This document shows, in pieces, positions 25,446 to 38,937 of a stretch of 64,000 bases of DNA; positions within the stretch are counted from its first letter, which is position 1, and each line of letters starts with the position of its first letter. Below the pieces are notes generated by a model that saw only the letters and a list, made by a program, of their open reading frames with translations, did not search any database and had not been told where the DNA came from. The DNA is taken from positions 95,666,001 to 95,730,000 of the forward strand of contig JAGIQG010000009.1 of the NCBI GenBank assembly GCA_024679065.1, read 5' to 3'. The translations under genes were made by a program, and so were the position numbers. The DNA is from Sphyrna mokarran (lineage: Eukaryota).

Positions 25446-27409
25446 CTCCCGAAAAAGTTCCAAGTGTCAACTTTATGGGAAAACGTGCCAGTTTTTTTCA
25501 GTGCAACTTTACACTCAAGTCTCCCATACTCTGTCGACTGGGACCTCTACATTACACAATATCATTAAAAGCTCGGCAGGGTGGTGGTGCGGGGTGGGGG
25601 GAGAGGGGGTATGCTATTCACTTGGAGGTTGATGATTCCAGAACTCTGCACATGCACAATAGCCTTTATCAATCATCCTCCCAATCGCTGGAGAGCTCAA
25701 TCTCTGGCCATCCCAGGACACTTGTAGTGCTGCCCCTCCAGCCAACCTTCCCCCCTCCATGGTGGTGATACCCTCTCCCAGGTATACCCCCTAAGGTGAT
25801 CCCCCAGGCCACTCTGATCGCTGACCTCCCTCCAGCCACAACCAATCCCAATGCAGGGTTGGCAGCAGGACCCACTCCCTCCCCTCTCACACCGCCCCTG
25901 CCCCCACCATTCCCACAACGAAGCCCCAGCTGTTCCTGTACCCTGGGCCCCATTCTCTTGGGATTGCTGGTGCACCTTGGGCATGGGCACTTTGCCCCAT
26001 GGGCTGGTACTGTCGGAGTGCCCATGCCCAGGGGCACCATCCTCTCACCATTGATCCCCCTCCCGGTGGGGCCCTGATTGCTTTCCCTTCACTCCAACGA
26101 AGTTGTCACGCTAGTTCCCTAAAAATGGGGGGCTAGTCTGAACCTCATTGGAGTGAAATATGCCTGACGGGTTGGAAGATGCTAGCGAGCCCAGAGAATT
26201 CAGTCCTGGGGTCCACCATGCACGCTAAAAACAGACACAAAGTACTCACCAGTTTCCAGTGAAGCTCAGATGGTGACAGATATTTGGCACTGGGAGATGT
26301 GTGCGTGGCAGGGATGCATGCGCGAATCCCACAAATCGGCTGACATGCGATTCTCTCAGCCCACCACCAAAAAAAATTAGTGCAGCAGGATGGGAGAATC
26401 ATTCTGCACCCCCACGCCAAGATACAAACAGGACTCAGTTTGTCAAGCCCTGTTTGAAAATGTTGCTGTATTTGTGCAGGAATGAATTGATTTTTTTTGA
26501 GAAAGTGGAGCATTGGTCAGGCAGAGTTATTTTTAAGAATAAAATAGTGCACAAAGAAACAGTATTTGGAGATTTGATGCTTGGATCAGAATAGGGAAAT
26601 TGGAACGTTTGAGGGAAAGTCGACAGAGAAAAAAAAAACAAATAGTGAGAGATCACGGAGGTGTGAGACCAAAGATTAGATTATTGAATGAGGATGAAGA
26701 AATGAGGGTGGTGCTTTGCAGAAAAGGCTGTTGCTGTCTGCTTGGTGGAATATCAGAACTAGATTAGAAAAAAAAATTAAAGAAACTCACAGTAACGTTT
26801 AAAATACAGTGTGAACAACTGGGTTGTTTATGTCCAGAGAAATCCTGATTTGTAAAGAAACAACTGTTCCTTTTCCTCTATGAATATCTATCTTTTCTGT
26901 GCACAAATCTATAGAATGTGAAGCTACCTGTGTCCATGTGGGGGTGGCAGTGGTTAGCATTGCTGCCATACAGTGCCAGGGACACAGGTTCAATTCCAGC
27001 CTTGGCCAGCTGTCATTTCAGAGTTTGGATAAGATGTTCTTTCATTAGAATAGGAATGGATGTGATGGACTAAATGGCCTTGTGCATGGTAGGAATTCTA
27101 TGCGTTTTATGTGATGCAAGAGGTGAATGGAATTCGGACTTCAGCTGATCTGTGGAAGGTTACATTCACAGTCACAAGTACCAGGCAATGGCTATCTCTA
27201 ACAATAGTGAAGTTAACTATCTCCCCTTGACAATTGGAGTTACAGAATTGTTCTGGTGCTGACAGAGGCTATTTGGCACATTGTCTTATACTTTTTAGGT
27301 TGAAGAAGTTTGTAAAAGTTCTGGAATTGGAGACTCTGCCCTCTGTTTCAATGTAACAATCTTCAATGTTTCCTTTTCTGTTATTTGTGAAATGCGATTT
27401 TCCCTCAGA

Positions 27410-28320
27410 ACAAAAACGGTTACAGCACAGGAATAGGCCCTTTGGCCCTCCCAGCCTGCACTGACTATGCTGCCCAAAACCCTCTATCCTTCTGGGGACC
27501 ATAATCCCAATTTTCCCATCCTACTCATGTACTTGTCAAGACGTCTCTTAAAAGTCACTACTGTATCTGCTTCCACTAACTCCTCCAGCAACGAGTTCCA
27601 GGCACCCACTATTCTGCTTAAAAAAAAAACCTTGTTTAAACCTTGCCCCTCACATGTTAAACCTATGGCCCCATTCACCTCTTGCATAACATAGAATTCC
27701 TACCATGCACAAGGCCATTTAGCCCATCACATCCTAGTAATTGACTCTTCCACCCTGGCAAAAAGCTTCTGATTATGCACTCTATCCATGCCTCTTGTAA
27801 TCTTGTAGACTTCTATCAGGTCACCCCTTAACCTCCATCGTTCCAGTGAGAACAAACCAAATTTCTCCAACCTCTCCTAATGCCTTCCATAACAGGCAAC
27901 ATCCTGGAAAACCTTTTCTGTACTCTCTCCAAAGCCTCCACATCTTTCTGATAGTGTGGTGACCAGAATTGAACACTATATTCCAAGTGCCAATGAAGGT
28001 AAACATGCCATATGCCTTCTTGACTACCTTCTCCACCTTTGTTGCCACTTTCAGTGACCTGTATACTGTACACACAGATCCCTTTGCCTATCAATATCTG
28101 AAGCATTCTGCCATTTACTGTATATTTCCTATTTGTATTAGACCTTCCAAAATGCATTACGTCACATTTGTCCAGATTAAACTCCATCTGCCATCTCTCC
28201 GCCCAAGTCTCCAACTAATCAATATCCTGCTGTATCCTTTGATCATCCTTATCGCTGTCTGCAAATCCATCAGCCTTTGTCGTCCACAAACTCACTAATC
28301 AATCCAGTTACGTTTTCCTC
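27410..28320 (-). mobile_element. Degenerate CR1 RT 3' fragment
   Basis: WQMEFNLDKC, VQFWSPHY. Confidence 0.75.
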
Positions 28321-31300
28321 CAAATGTGAAACTTGAAGTGATGTGAGAAAGAATTGTGTGTACAGATGTGTGTAAATGTCCTGTTAGTGAATGAGGAAAG
28401 GCTGTGTGAATGGTCTGCATTGCTGTTCCTTCAGACCGGCTCCAACTCTTTTGTGTTTTCCTGAAAACGGTTAGGTCTAATGGGGGAAAGTTTCGAAACT
28501 GGGAGCGTGTTATCGCTACAATGAAATGCTGTTGAAACGGGTGAAATGTGGATTTCTAATCCGAATACAAATCCACATCTGTCAGAGTGGGTTTTTTTTT
28601 TAAATTTTGTCAGTATAATTTCGAATTGAGGAGCTGAATTTAAGGTGATTATTAATGGCTTATTCTTGTGTTTAAAATCTCCATTAAAAACAATCCAAGG
28701 GAACATTTGGGACTTTATCTTCTAATCCCTTTTGCTCCAAGGTTTTTATTCAGAAATATCCAGTTTGTATTGGTGAATCCGCAAGACTTAAAGAAATATC
28801 TTTGTTCTGAGAACATTGTAATCAAGCCTCTTTTTGAAATTGCGGTGACAGTGAATTACTTCACCAAACTGGTTTAATTCTAAATTAAAATATTTCACTC
28901 CGAGCAGAATAAATCTTTTCTGTTTTTAATAAACACACGGGTAACAACTGTGTCCAATACTGCAAAGTGTAACCATATTTCCAACAGTGACAAGAATTGG
29001 AAACTTATCTGCAGCTCCAACAGTCAGATCACGGTTACAGTTTGATACAAAGGCTCTGATATTTCCATGATGTTTGTTACTTCCCCAGACAAAGTGCTTG
29101 GGAATGGGGGATGTGAGATAACACACTCAATCAATAGCAGATATTAAAAGAAAAAATTGGGAAAGGGCAAAAGATATTGGAATTTGAGTTCAATACATGA
29201 GATTCGCACCCAATTTCTCTCATTCTGACGCAAGGCTGAATAAAATACTTGACTACGTTTAAAATCTGTTTTGAACAAAATGAGCAGGTCCACAGCGCAA
29301 TCGTCTGGGTTCTCATCTCTGTGGCCTCACGGGAGAAGTTCTCTTCAGTGAGAAACACAAGAGAGACCAGACCTGATTGCAGTCATCCTGAGAAGTTGAG
29401 GGATTGCTTTGTGGGTAATGCCAGCCTGGGATCTTGGAAATGCCCACTAGGCAGCGTGAAGGATGTGGAGCTTGATTTGTTGGGGGTAGTCTACTGGGGT
29501 GGGCTTATCAATGGCGATGGGAGGGAATGTGCTGCACACTCTGCATTTGCAATTTGGGAGTTGGGGGAGGGTGGGGTGCTACTACCACTCAGTATTTGCC
29601 AATCAGTGAGGGGGAAGCAGTGCGCCTGCTACATTGTAATCAGGGTTGAGATGGAAGGATTGGCCCTAGTGGTGGGATCACGGAGTTTGATCTGTCTGGG
29701 GTGGAGGAGAGTGGCTCGATCCATCTGGTCAGGTGGGGTGTTGCGGGGTCAATTGGTCTGGCCATCAGGAGTCACATGAGGCCATAGATCAGTGTGGCAG
29801 CTGGGGAGGTCCATGTTAGACCATGGAGATCTGGTGAAAGTAACAAGAGGCTAAGTGACAGGTCTCTCTGTTGCTCAGCGCAGGGGAACCTGCACATGCG
29901 CAATGATGTCCTCTGCTGTTGTCAGGCAGCATTCTGGTGATTTAAGACCTGCCCCCTCCCGCTATAGATGAGAAACAGATCAGGGTTCTTTTCTGCTCTA
30001 AGTGCATAAGATTGCAGATCAGAAACTCGCCCGTTTTCATACTCTTTCTGGCCTTAGAATTTTTTTCATAAAATTGTTTATCCTGAAAGTTCACAGCAGA
30101 TCAGATCAGAGTAGCTTAGAAAGTGCAGCTCCAGATAGAACTATTACTTCCAAACCATCACCACAGTTCCATTTAAACAAAATCACATTTGTGGAGCTTG
30201 AATCAGTCAGGCACTGTCACTTTGACGAAATCACATCTTCCCTGATTCTCTCATCCATTCCTGCTATTATGTTCGGGAACTGGTGTTCCTGGATTACAAA
30301 CCCTGGATGGCACGGGGGATAAGAAAGAAATACATCACTATAGAGTGAGGCAAAGCCAGCAGAGCTGGAAACACCCGCGCACCCAACAAAATCCATCAGA
30401 TCCATCCAACTCCCAAATATATTAACAGCAAAATCCATCTGACCACTCACACCTAATAATACAGAAATCTGTAAGAATACAGACAGGAATATTGGGAAAG
30501 AAAAGAGGGGGCATGACAAAATACTGGTAAGAATAGTCAAGGTATCTTCAAGGTTGTTCGATCAGTACCTGAAGAGAAAAGGATAAGAAAAGTATGGCCT
30601 TTTGGAGAGCAATAAAATAATCTGTGTGAGAGGGTGGCGAATGTGATGGATTTCTAAAGGATTAACAAGGCAAAGGAATCCCCAATAAATGGGAGGATAA
30701 TGAGTAATGTGGAGGAACAGAGGCATTCAGGAGTGTATGTCCATAGATTGTGAAAGGTGTCAGGACTGGTTAATAAAGGTGGTATATAAAATGCTTTCCT
30801 TTATTAGCCAAATCACAGAGTAGAGTAGTTTTGCTAGAACTGCAAACACCAGATAGAATACAACTGAAGCATTGCAAACATTTTGGTCAGCACAAAATAT
30901 AATTTTTTTTTGTAACGTCAATGAATATGAGGTTATCCATTTTGTAGCAATAACAGGAAGATGGATTATTATTAGATTGGATGTAAATGGAGAGAGGTGG
31001 ATACTCAGTGAGACCTCGATGAACTCATGCATCAGTCACTGAAAGTAAAGTACAGCATGCAATAAAGATAAATGATATGCTGGTCTTCAGAGCGAGAGGA
31101 TTTGAACATAATAGGGATGTTTTACTGCAATTGTATGGGTCATTAGTGAAGCCACTCCTGGAGTATTGTGTGCAGTTTTGATATCCTTATCTAAGGAAAG
31201 ATGTTCTTGCTAGGGAGGGAGTACAATTAAGGTACACCAGGCTGATTCCTGGGATCGCAAGTCAAATTCAGTTGGGATTATATTCACTGGAGTTTAGGAA

Positions 31301-31599
31301 AGTCAGAAGGGATCTCATAGCAACTTACAAAATTCAAACAAGAATTTGAATTTTATATTCAAATGGGTAGATACAGAAAAAATGTTCTCGGTGGAGGGGG
31401 AGTCTAGAATTAGGGGCCAGAGTTTGTATATAAGGGGTAAAAGGTTTAGAACTAAGGTGAGGGGAAAAGTATGCAACACAATGTATTGAAGCAAAAAATG
31501 TCTTATTTCAAGAAGAAATTAGGTATAGCTCCTGGAGCTAAAGAGATCAAGGGACATGGGAGGAAGGGCGGATCAGGATACTGAATTTGATGATTGGAA

Positions 31600-31875
31600 C
31601 TGCTGCCCTACAGCGTCAGGGATCAGGGTTCGATTCCCACTTGGGTCACTGTCTGTGCAGAATCTGCACGTTCTTCTCATGTCTCTGTGGGTTTCCTCTG
31701 GGTGTTCCGGTTTCCTCCCACAGTCCGAAAAATGAGCTGAGTAGGGTGCGTTGGCCATGCCAAATCCTCCCTTGGTGTATCCGAACATGCTCCAGAGTGT
31801 GATAACTCAGGAATTTCCACAGTAACTTCACTGCAATGTTAATGTAAGCCCACTTCTGACAATAATAAGCTTTAA
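31600..31875 (+). mobile_element. HE1/MER6-like SINE
   Basis: GGGTTCGATTCCC box, core, TAACTTCACTGCAATGTTAATGTAAG tail. Confidence 0.7.
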
Positions 31876-33220
31876 TAAAATTTAAAAACAGAAGAAATAA
31901 TGGAGCAAGTTTGAAGGGCCGCATAGCCTACTCTTGCTTCTGGTTTCTACATGCAGAGGAGATTGTTTATTGTGGACAGGACTGGAAAATGTTCACTGTG
32001 AGGAAAGAATGGACAGGCTGGAATAGGATTCTGTAGAATAGAGGCTGAGGGGAAATTTAATTGAGGTGGATGTAATTATGAGGAACCATGATAAATAGAG
32101 ATGACACATTTATCTTAGCAGAGGGTCAAAAACCAGGGGGACAGATTTAAAATAGTTAGTAGAAAGATCAGAGGGGGAAATGAGGAAGGAGTTTTTAAAC
32201 CCAGAGGGTGGTAGGGACCTGGACTCACTTTCTGAAAGGATGGTAGAGGCAGAAACTCTCACCATATTGAATCAATTCTTGGACTTCAAGTTGAAGAGCT
32301 GTGATCTACAGAGCTACAGACTGAGTACAGGAAAGTGAGATTAGGCTGGAGAGTTCTTCATTAACAGGAAGGAGTATAATGGGCTGAAAGGCCTCACTCT
32401 CAATCATAAATTTTCTATCATTCAACATTGCAACACCAGTTAAACACATCAGACCCCAAACACCAGTTTTTCACATCGGACCCCAAACACCAGCTAAACC
32501 CATCAGAGCCCCAAACACCAGCTAAACTCATCAAAACCCCAAATGCCAGCTGAACCCTTAAGTCCCACTCCAAACCCCAAACATCCAGTGAAAGTACAGG
32601 CCCTTCATGCGTCACCAAATCCCTACAGCACAGAAGAAGGCCATTCAGCCCATCGAGCCTGATCCAAAAATGATCCCAACCAGGGCCTATTCCTGTAACC
32701 CCATGTATTGATATTGCTAATGCCCCTCACAGTAAGGGGTAACTTAGCATAACCAAGCAACATAATCTGTACATCTCTGGAGTGTGGGAGGAAACCGGAG
32801 CACCCGGAGAAACCCACGCAGACACGAGAAGAATGTGCAAACTCCACACGGACAAAACAAGACAAATATTAAATCCTGTGGGAGAGGCACAGCCTAGTGA
32901 CCAACTTCAGGGAAATCTCGTTGAATTACGATTCCTTAAAAAAACTGAGCAGCTGAGAGGAGGCTGTTTAGGGTGAGATGTTTCAAGATCTTTCGACACC
33001 TAAACACCCACAATTTCTCCACCCTCAGGCTGTACAGGAGCAGCCGTCTCCAGAAGGCCAGTCTCAAAGCTCAGTGTTGGATTGGATGAGCTGCTCTTTA
33101 CTGACTATACAGCAAGAGACAGACATTGAGCTCACATCCCACCCACCAGATTGCTAAATCCAGCAGGAATATCCCAGTTAGAAGGATCAGCTCCCAATAT
33201 TTATCAACACAGTTCATACC

Positions 33221-33267
33221 TCAGGAGTGCATGGTGGAGCTGGAACAGGAATCCCCACCATTACAAG
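33221..33267 (-). CDS. MHC class I gene B, exon 7 (cytoplasmic, stop)
   Basis: TCNGGDSCSSSTMHS*, aligns with gene C exon 7. Confidence 0.7.
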
Positions 33268-33459
33268 CTGTTAAAAGAACAGGTTTTAAAAACTGTTCAT
33301 TATTAAAGAGACAGAGACTATGCACGAGATATAGATATAGAGAGAAAGAGACATACACACATACATACACATACCATTTGGTTGAGTGTATTTGACACAG
33401 AATGAACAATGATTCACGTATTACACAGAGATACAGATGATGTTTGATGGTCAGCTTAC

Positions 33460-33492
33460 TGTTTGCAGGATTGTAGTCATTCTTTCCTCTCT
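33460..33492 (-). CDS. MHC class I gene B, exon 6 (cytoplasmic)
   Basis: ERGKNDYNPAN, 33 nt, TTTTACAG/GTAAG boundaries. Confidence 0.75.
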
Positions 33493-33924
33493 CTGTAAAA
33501 TAAGGAATATTCAGTGAGAGATGAGATTGAGAGAAAAATCAAAGACAGAGGCTGGAACTATTACTCGCACTGAGCCGCTATGACAGAATTCTGAACCTTC
33601 ACTCCCAACACGACCTAAGACCCTTACTGGTAACCTTCACTAAGACCTTAGACCCTCACCTGAGACTCTCACTCCCACACTCACCTGAGCCCCTCACTAA
33701 TACCTTGAGCTCCTCATCCAAACTGAGACCCTTCCCACAACTCCCAGACACACCCCCTTTATCATGAGTCCCTTACCCTCCCTTTCCCAACCCTGGGGCT
33801 CTTCTACCCACTCTGTGAACCCCCCACACCAATCTGAGACCCACAGTGACCCCACCCTGCAATACTTTACCAGAATCCCTCCAACCCCCAGTGAGGGAGC
33901 TGCTATTTTCCCTCCAATTCCTAC

Positions 33925-34029
33925 CTTTCTTGTTGTAGATGACGACAGTCACAATGATGAGAGCGATGAGCACGAGGACCCCGACCACAATCCCGACAGT
34001 AACAGCAGCCTGAGAGCGAGACTTTGGTT
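33925..34029 (-). CDS. MHC class I gene B, exon 5 (transmembrane)
   Basis: EPKSRSQAAVTVGIVVGVLVLIALIIVTVVIYNKK; 105 nt. Confidence 0.8.
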
Positions 34030-34077
34030 CTGTGAGAGAGAGACTGAGTGAATCAGAAAGTGGAAAAAGTGAGACTC

Positions 34078-34109
<32 letters not shown>

Positions 34110-34134
34110 GCAGAGAATCTGAGAGTGAATCACA

Positions 34135-34440
34135 GCCTCCCTACAGTACGGACGGAGGCCATTCAGCCCATCAAATCTGCACCGACAACAATCCCATCAA
34201 TGCCCTATCCCTGTAACATGTAATTAACCTGCAAACCACTCCTCTGATACTAGGAGACAATTTTGCACGGCCAATCCACAGAACCAGCAGATTTCTGAAC
34301 TGTGGGAAAAAAAACAGAAACTCAGATGAAACCCACTCAGGCATGGGGAGAACATGCAAACTCCATACTGTCAGTGATCAAGCTGGGAATCGAACCTGTG
34401 GCCCTGGCACTGTGAGGCAGCTGAGATAACTCCTGTGTCG
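34135..34440 (-). mobile_element. HE1-like SINE
   Basis: Head, core and tail on the minus strand. Confidence 0.65.
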
Positions 34441-35446
34441 CTCATAAAAGGGGAAAAAAAAGAATGAGACAGAATGAATCCAACAGAGAGAGAAAATCAG
34501 GAAACACAGGATATACAACACAGAAACCAGCCATTCGGCCCATCCAGTTGATTCTGGTGTTTATGTTCCACTTAAGCCTCCTCCCATCTTTCCACATCTA
34601 AAACAATCACGTTAACTCTATTCCCTTTTCACTCATTTGCTTGTCTATCTTCCCCTCCTGTTCTGTTCAGCCACTCCCTGTGGTTGTGAGCTCCACACTC
34701 TATGGCAAGTTGTTTACTTTGAGTTAGACCTGATGACCCACCAACAGAGGATAAGCTATGTGTCCTGCATGCAGGCTTGAGCGAGCAGTGGAAAACCGGT
34801 TACAAGCTATTTATTGGCTTGGTCGAGCAATGTGATGAGTTCCCCATTGGCTGGGCGTTACAGAACTTTCTGGAAAGTTAGAACAGTTTTGGGGGTAAAG
34901 GCACAAGTCAGCTGTCTGCTTCCAATCATAACTCTAGAGATCAACCATTGCAAGAAGTGTACCTTGCAGAACACCTTCAGAGGAAGACAGTGAGGACATT
35001 TTGCTCTAAACCAGGTCATATCTGTTTTCAGTTGAAGGATTAGAATATCTGTTTGCAATCAAGGAATTAGAATTAATGTTGAGTTAAAGACTTAATATCC
35101 ATAAAAGGGTTAAAATGTTGCAACTGTTTGAGCTTGGTACCTAAAGTGGTAAATAGATTATTAAGAGGAATAGACTTGACTTTGTCCTACTAAACTAAAA
35201 TGTTTGCAAAGAGTTGAATTAGTAGCCAAATAATAGGGGCACATTTCATATTAAATCCTTGGACACACAATTACTGCCTTCTAATGGTTGCTGCATGATA
35301 AATAAAGTATTGAAGATTAATATTTATTTTCCTCTCTCTGTATCCTGGGCTTCAGGTTGTCCTGGGCTGACAGCTCAGCACTGACCCTCCCTCCTGTGAT
35401 CCTGCTCTGAGGCTGGGTCCTCTCTAACAGTGAGAAACAGTCTTGC

Positions 35447-35710
35447 CGTAAATCACCACCACTGTCTCCTTCATCCCACTGTGTTCCACCCGACAGGAAT
35501 ACTCGGCCTGATCCTCTGGATCAAACTCCATCCACTTCTGGATCTGGTAGGTGCTGTCGTGATTGGGTAAGATCCCAGTGGACAGAGTCTCACCAATCAC
35601 CACTCCGTCTCCGCATAGATTCACCTCGATGGCTTGAGGGTAAAATCCGGTGACGGCACAGGACAGCCAGTTAGAATCACCCAGACGGGTAAAGGACACG
35701 ACGGGGGCAA
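35447..35710 (-). CDS. MHC class I gene B, exon 4 (alpha3)
   Basis: Ig C1 LSCAVTGFYP...YSCRVEHSGM; 264 nt; donor G|GCAAGA. Confidence 0.85.
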
Positions 35711-35785
35711 CTGAGAGAGAAAGAAAGAGGAGTTAGTTCAGGAACTTTGAGGTAGAGAGTCCCAGGCATCTCATACCTCACTTAC

Positions 35786-36058
35786 CAACTCTCAGTTCTC
35801 TCTGTCCGTACTCCAGATACTTCTTCAGCCACTCAATACACTCTCCTTCAAGGTAATTTTTCCATCTCTCGCTGTTGGCTACGTCCCTGTCCAAATTGTT
35901 TTTGATGATCTGTCCCCATGTGACTGGGGACACCCACACCATGTGATCCTTGTCAAAGCTGATAAAATCTTGCCCATCCCACCCGAACTGGTTGAATCCA
36001 CTCGTGGTCCCATCATCCCTCAGGTCACAGCCAGTCATCGTCTGGTAGACATGGATCC
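35786..36058 (-). CDS. MHC class I gene B, exon 3 (alpha2)
   Basis: GIHVYQTMTGCDLRDDG...YLEGECIEWLKKYLEYGQRELRV; 273 nt. Confidence 0.85.
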
Positions 36059-36379
36059 CTGTGGATCAGAAACACAAACAGCCAATCGGAGACAGTGTCA
36101 CTTGGGAGCACCCCACACACACAGCCAATCAATGCCAACTACACTGGGGGGAGCCACATTGACTGCCAATCACAGCCAGTTACACTGACTAAGCCCATAT
36201 GCAATACACACATCCAATCAGAACCAGCCTCACTTGGAAATCATCCATCACAGCCAATCATATTTATTGTCACATCTCCAATCGCAGCCAATCAGCCTTT
36301 GGCTCCCGGTTCCTGATCCACTCTGGGTTTCTCCCCATTCCCAACTTGATCCCAGAGTTGTGGGAGAGTGAGCGCTCAC

Positions 36380-36635
36380 CTCCTGACTGGTTGGCCCGAG
36401 ACATGAAGAGCGGAATATTGGCTTTGGAATACCGTTCCTGCTCCAAGCATCTTCTTCCTCTCCCAGGCTGCCGGACCCTCGCTCTCCACCATCCACTTCT
36501 CCCGGGGGATCAGCTCCCTCCGATCACTGTTGTACACAACAAACTGGACACCGTCCACGTAACCGACAGCCACAAACTCTGGGAAACCGGGGACCGGGGT
36601 CATTCCTGTGAGGAAATACCGGAGAGAGTGAGAGC
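36380..36635 (-). CDS. MHC class I gene B, exon 2 (alpha1, frameshifted)
   Basis: [32 protein letters not shown]...AAWERKKML then a frame change to EQERYSKANIPLFMSRANQSG. Confidence 0.8.
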
Positions 36636-37466
36636 CTGAAATAGAGAGAGAGAGAGAATTCAGGATATACAACCTAAAAACACTAACACACAGATATCAG
36701 GGTTTGAACCCTTAACCATCAGTACCCACATAAAGAGGGACATCAGGGTACAAACCCATTAACACTCGACAGGCCATGGTGTTTGGGACTGTGAATTACG
36801 GAAGGATGCAGTTTCACACTGTGACAAACAGGACAGTGGGCACTATTACAATCTGCTCTATGTTTGGGGTGGGTATGGAGAAAGCTGGCAGATTGTGTCT
36901 CCTCTTGATGACGGAATCATCATAGTTGGCGCCAAGGTTACACCTTGAGCAATGCCATGATACTTTGAGGCAACGTTTGCCCTGAGAATAAGTGTTGGTG
37001 ATGTAGAGTTCATTCAGATAGCAAGGCTTCAGAAGGTGCTTAGAAGCTGAATATAACTCACTGACTCGCACAACAGAGGTTTTGATGCAGTGATGTGCAC
37101 CCACAATACAGTTCCCCTGAGAGTCCTCAGCATAGAAGTCCCATGCATTTGGTCAAATATAATTATCAATGACCTTGCCCACACCTTGATGACTGAGGCA
37201 TAATGATCATGATCACTATCTGTCCTGACAGATTGTTGAAGTCACTTAGGCAAAAAATACTGCTGTCATTCAGAATCTTCCTCAGGACATCAGCTAAGGA
37301 ATCATAGAAATTCTGGAGTCTCCAGCCAGATCTGATTTCTCCTCCCTCCCCACTTTAATTGTGCATTGCTGCTAGAGTCTCTAACTAGGTCTGTGCTATT
37401 CCTTTACACACACTTTCTCTCTATTCATGCATTGCTGCTGGAGCCTTTTATTGGGTCTGATTATAT

Positions 37467-37790
37467 GGGTAGCATGGTGGCAGAATGGTTAGCACTGCTG
37501 TCTCCTAGCACCAGGGAACAAAGTTCAATTCTGATCTCGGGTAACTGTCTGTGTGGGGTTTGTATGTTCTCCCCGTGTCCGCATGGGTTTCCTCCAGGTT
37601 CTCCAGTTTCTTCCCACATTCAAAAGATATGCGGGCTATGGTTGATTGACCATGCTAAATTGTCCCTTAGTGTCATGATGATTAGTAGGATAAATACATG
37701 GGGTTACAGGAATAGTGCCCAGGTAGGACTGTTCTTGTTACAGATTCGATGGGCTAAATAACGTTCTTTTGCACTGCAGAGATTCTATCA
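37467..37790 (+). mobile_element. HE1-like SINE
   Basis: GGTAGCATGGTGGCAGAATGGTTAGCAC head, core, tail. Confidence 0.7.
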
Positions 37791-38937
37791 CCCTATATTT
37801 CTGCTGCTTTCTCTCTCTCTAATCATGCACTGTTGCTGAAGCCTTTAACCAGTCTCTGCTATTCATCTATACTCACTCTGTTTCTTAGTTGCTGCCTGCT
37901 GTCTTTAGCAGGAACATCCTCACCAAAATGGTTGTGGAAATCTGAAATCCTCTTTCCCACAAGAAGCTGTAGCTGTTGTGGGTCAATTGCGGCTTTCAAA
38001 ATTGAGATGGATTTTTGAGGGGTTGCAGAAAATGGAATTTAGGTTATTCCCCTCACATTCCTGTATTCCTTCATTCCCTCCCTCTATCTCCCCAATCTCC
38101 AATTGCATGCTCTGCTCTCAGTTCCCTCACATCGCAGTTTCCCTCCTTTAAGAAACGCAGTGTCCAGCTTGGCATTACCCCTTTCACACCCGATCACTCA
38201 CTGACCCAGGATTAATGCAGTAAGAAGTCTCTTAACTCCAGATAAAGTCCAACAGGTTTATTTGGTAGCAAAAAACCACTAGCTTTTGGAGCACAGCTCC
38301 TTTGTCAGGTGGGTGGGAGTTCTGTTCACAAACAAGGCATACAAAGACACAAACTCAATTTACAAAATAATGATTGGAATGCGAGTCTTTACAGCTAATC
38401 AAGTCTTAAAGGTGCAGACAATGTGAGTGGAGAGAGCATTGAGCACAGGTTAACGAGATGTGTATTGTCTCCAGACAGGACAGTTTGTGAGATTTTGCAA
38501 ATCCAGATATGTCATGGTAATTACAGATAGTGTGACATGAGCCCAAGATCCCGGTTGAGGCCATTCTTGTGTGTGGAACTTGGCTATCAGTCTCTATTCA
38601 GCGACTCTGCTCTGTCATGTGTCGTGAAGGCCGCCTTGGAGAATGCTTACCCGAAGGTCAGAGGCCGAATGCCTGTGACCACTGAGTGTTCCCCAACAGG
38701 AACACTTTTGCCTGGTGATTGCTGAGTGGTGTTCACACGGATGCCATTATCTCACACAAGAACACTATCTGCCAGGTACACGGTACATACTCTTGCAACC
38801 CGGCCAAAGTCTTCTACCTGATACACTGCAGGAAAGAATATTCTGAGTCATGATGGTACTCTGGGGAGACCATGCAGATGCTACGACAACACATATATGA
38901 ACACCGCTCGACAATCACCAGGCAAGAGTGGGCATTC

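Noticed and set aside
25620-26420. GC-rich blocks with short ORFs (also ~1970-2760, 29380-30060, 40500-41490)
   Set aside because: Look like interspersed non-coding repeats; family and termini not assignable without a library
28300-29400. Apparently unique stretch with GGGGGAAAGTTTCGAAACT palindrome
   Set aside because: Does not match ISRE or kappaB consensus, and no credible exon was found
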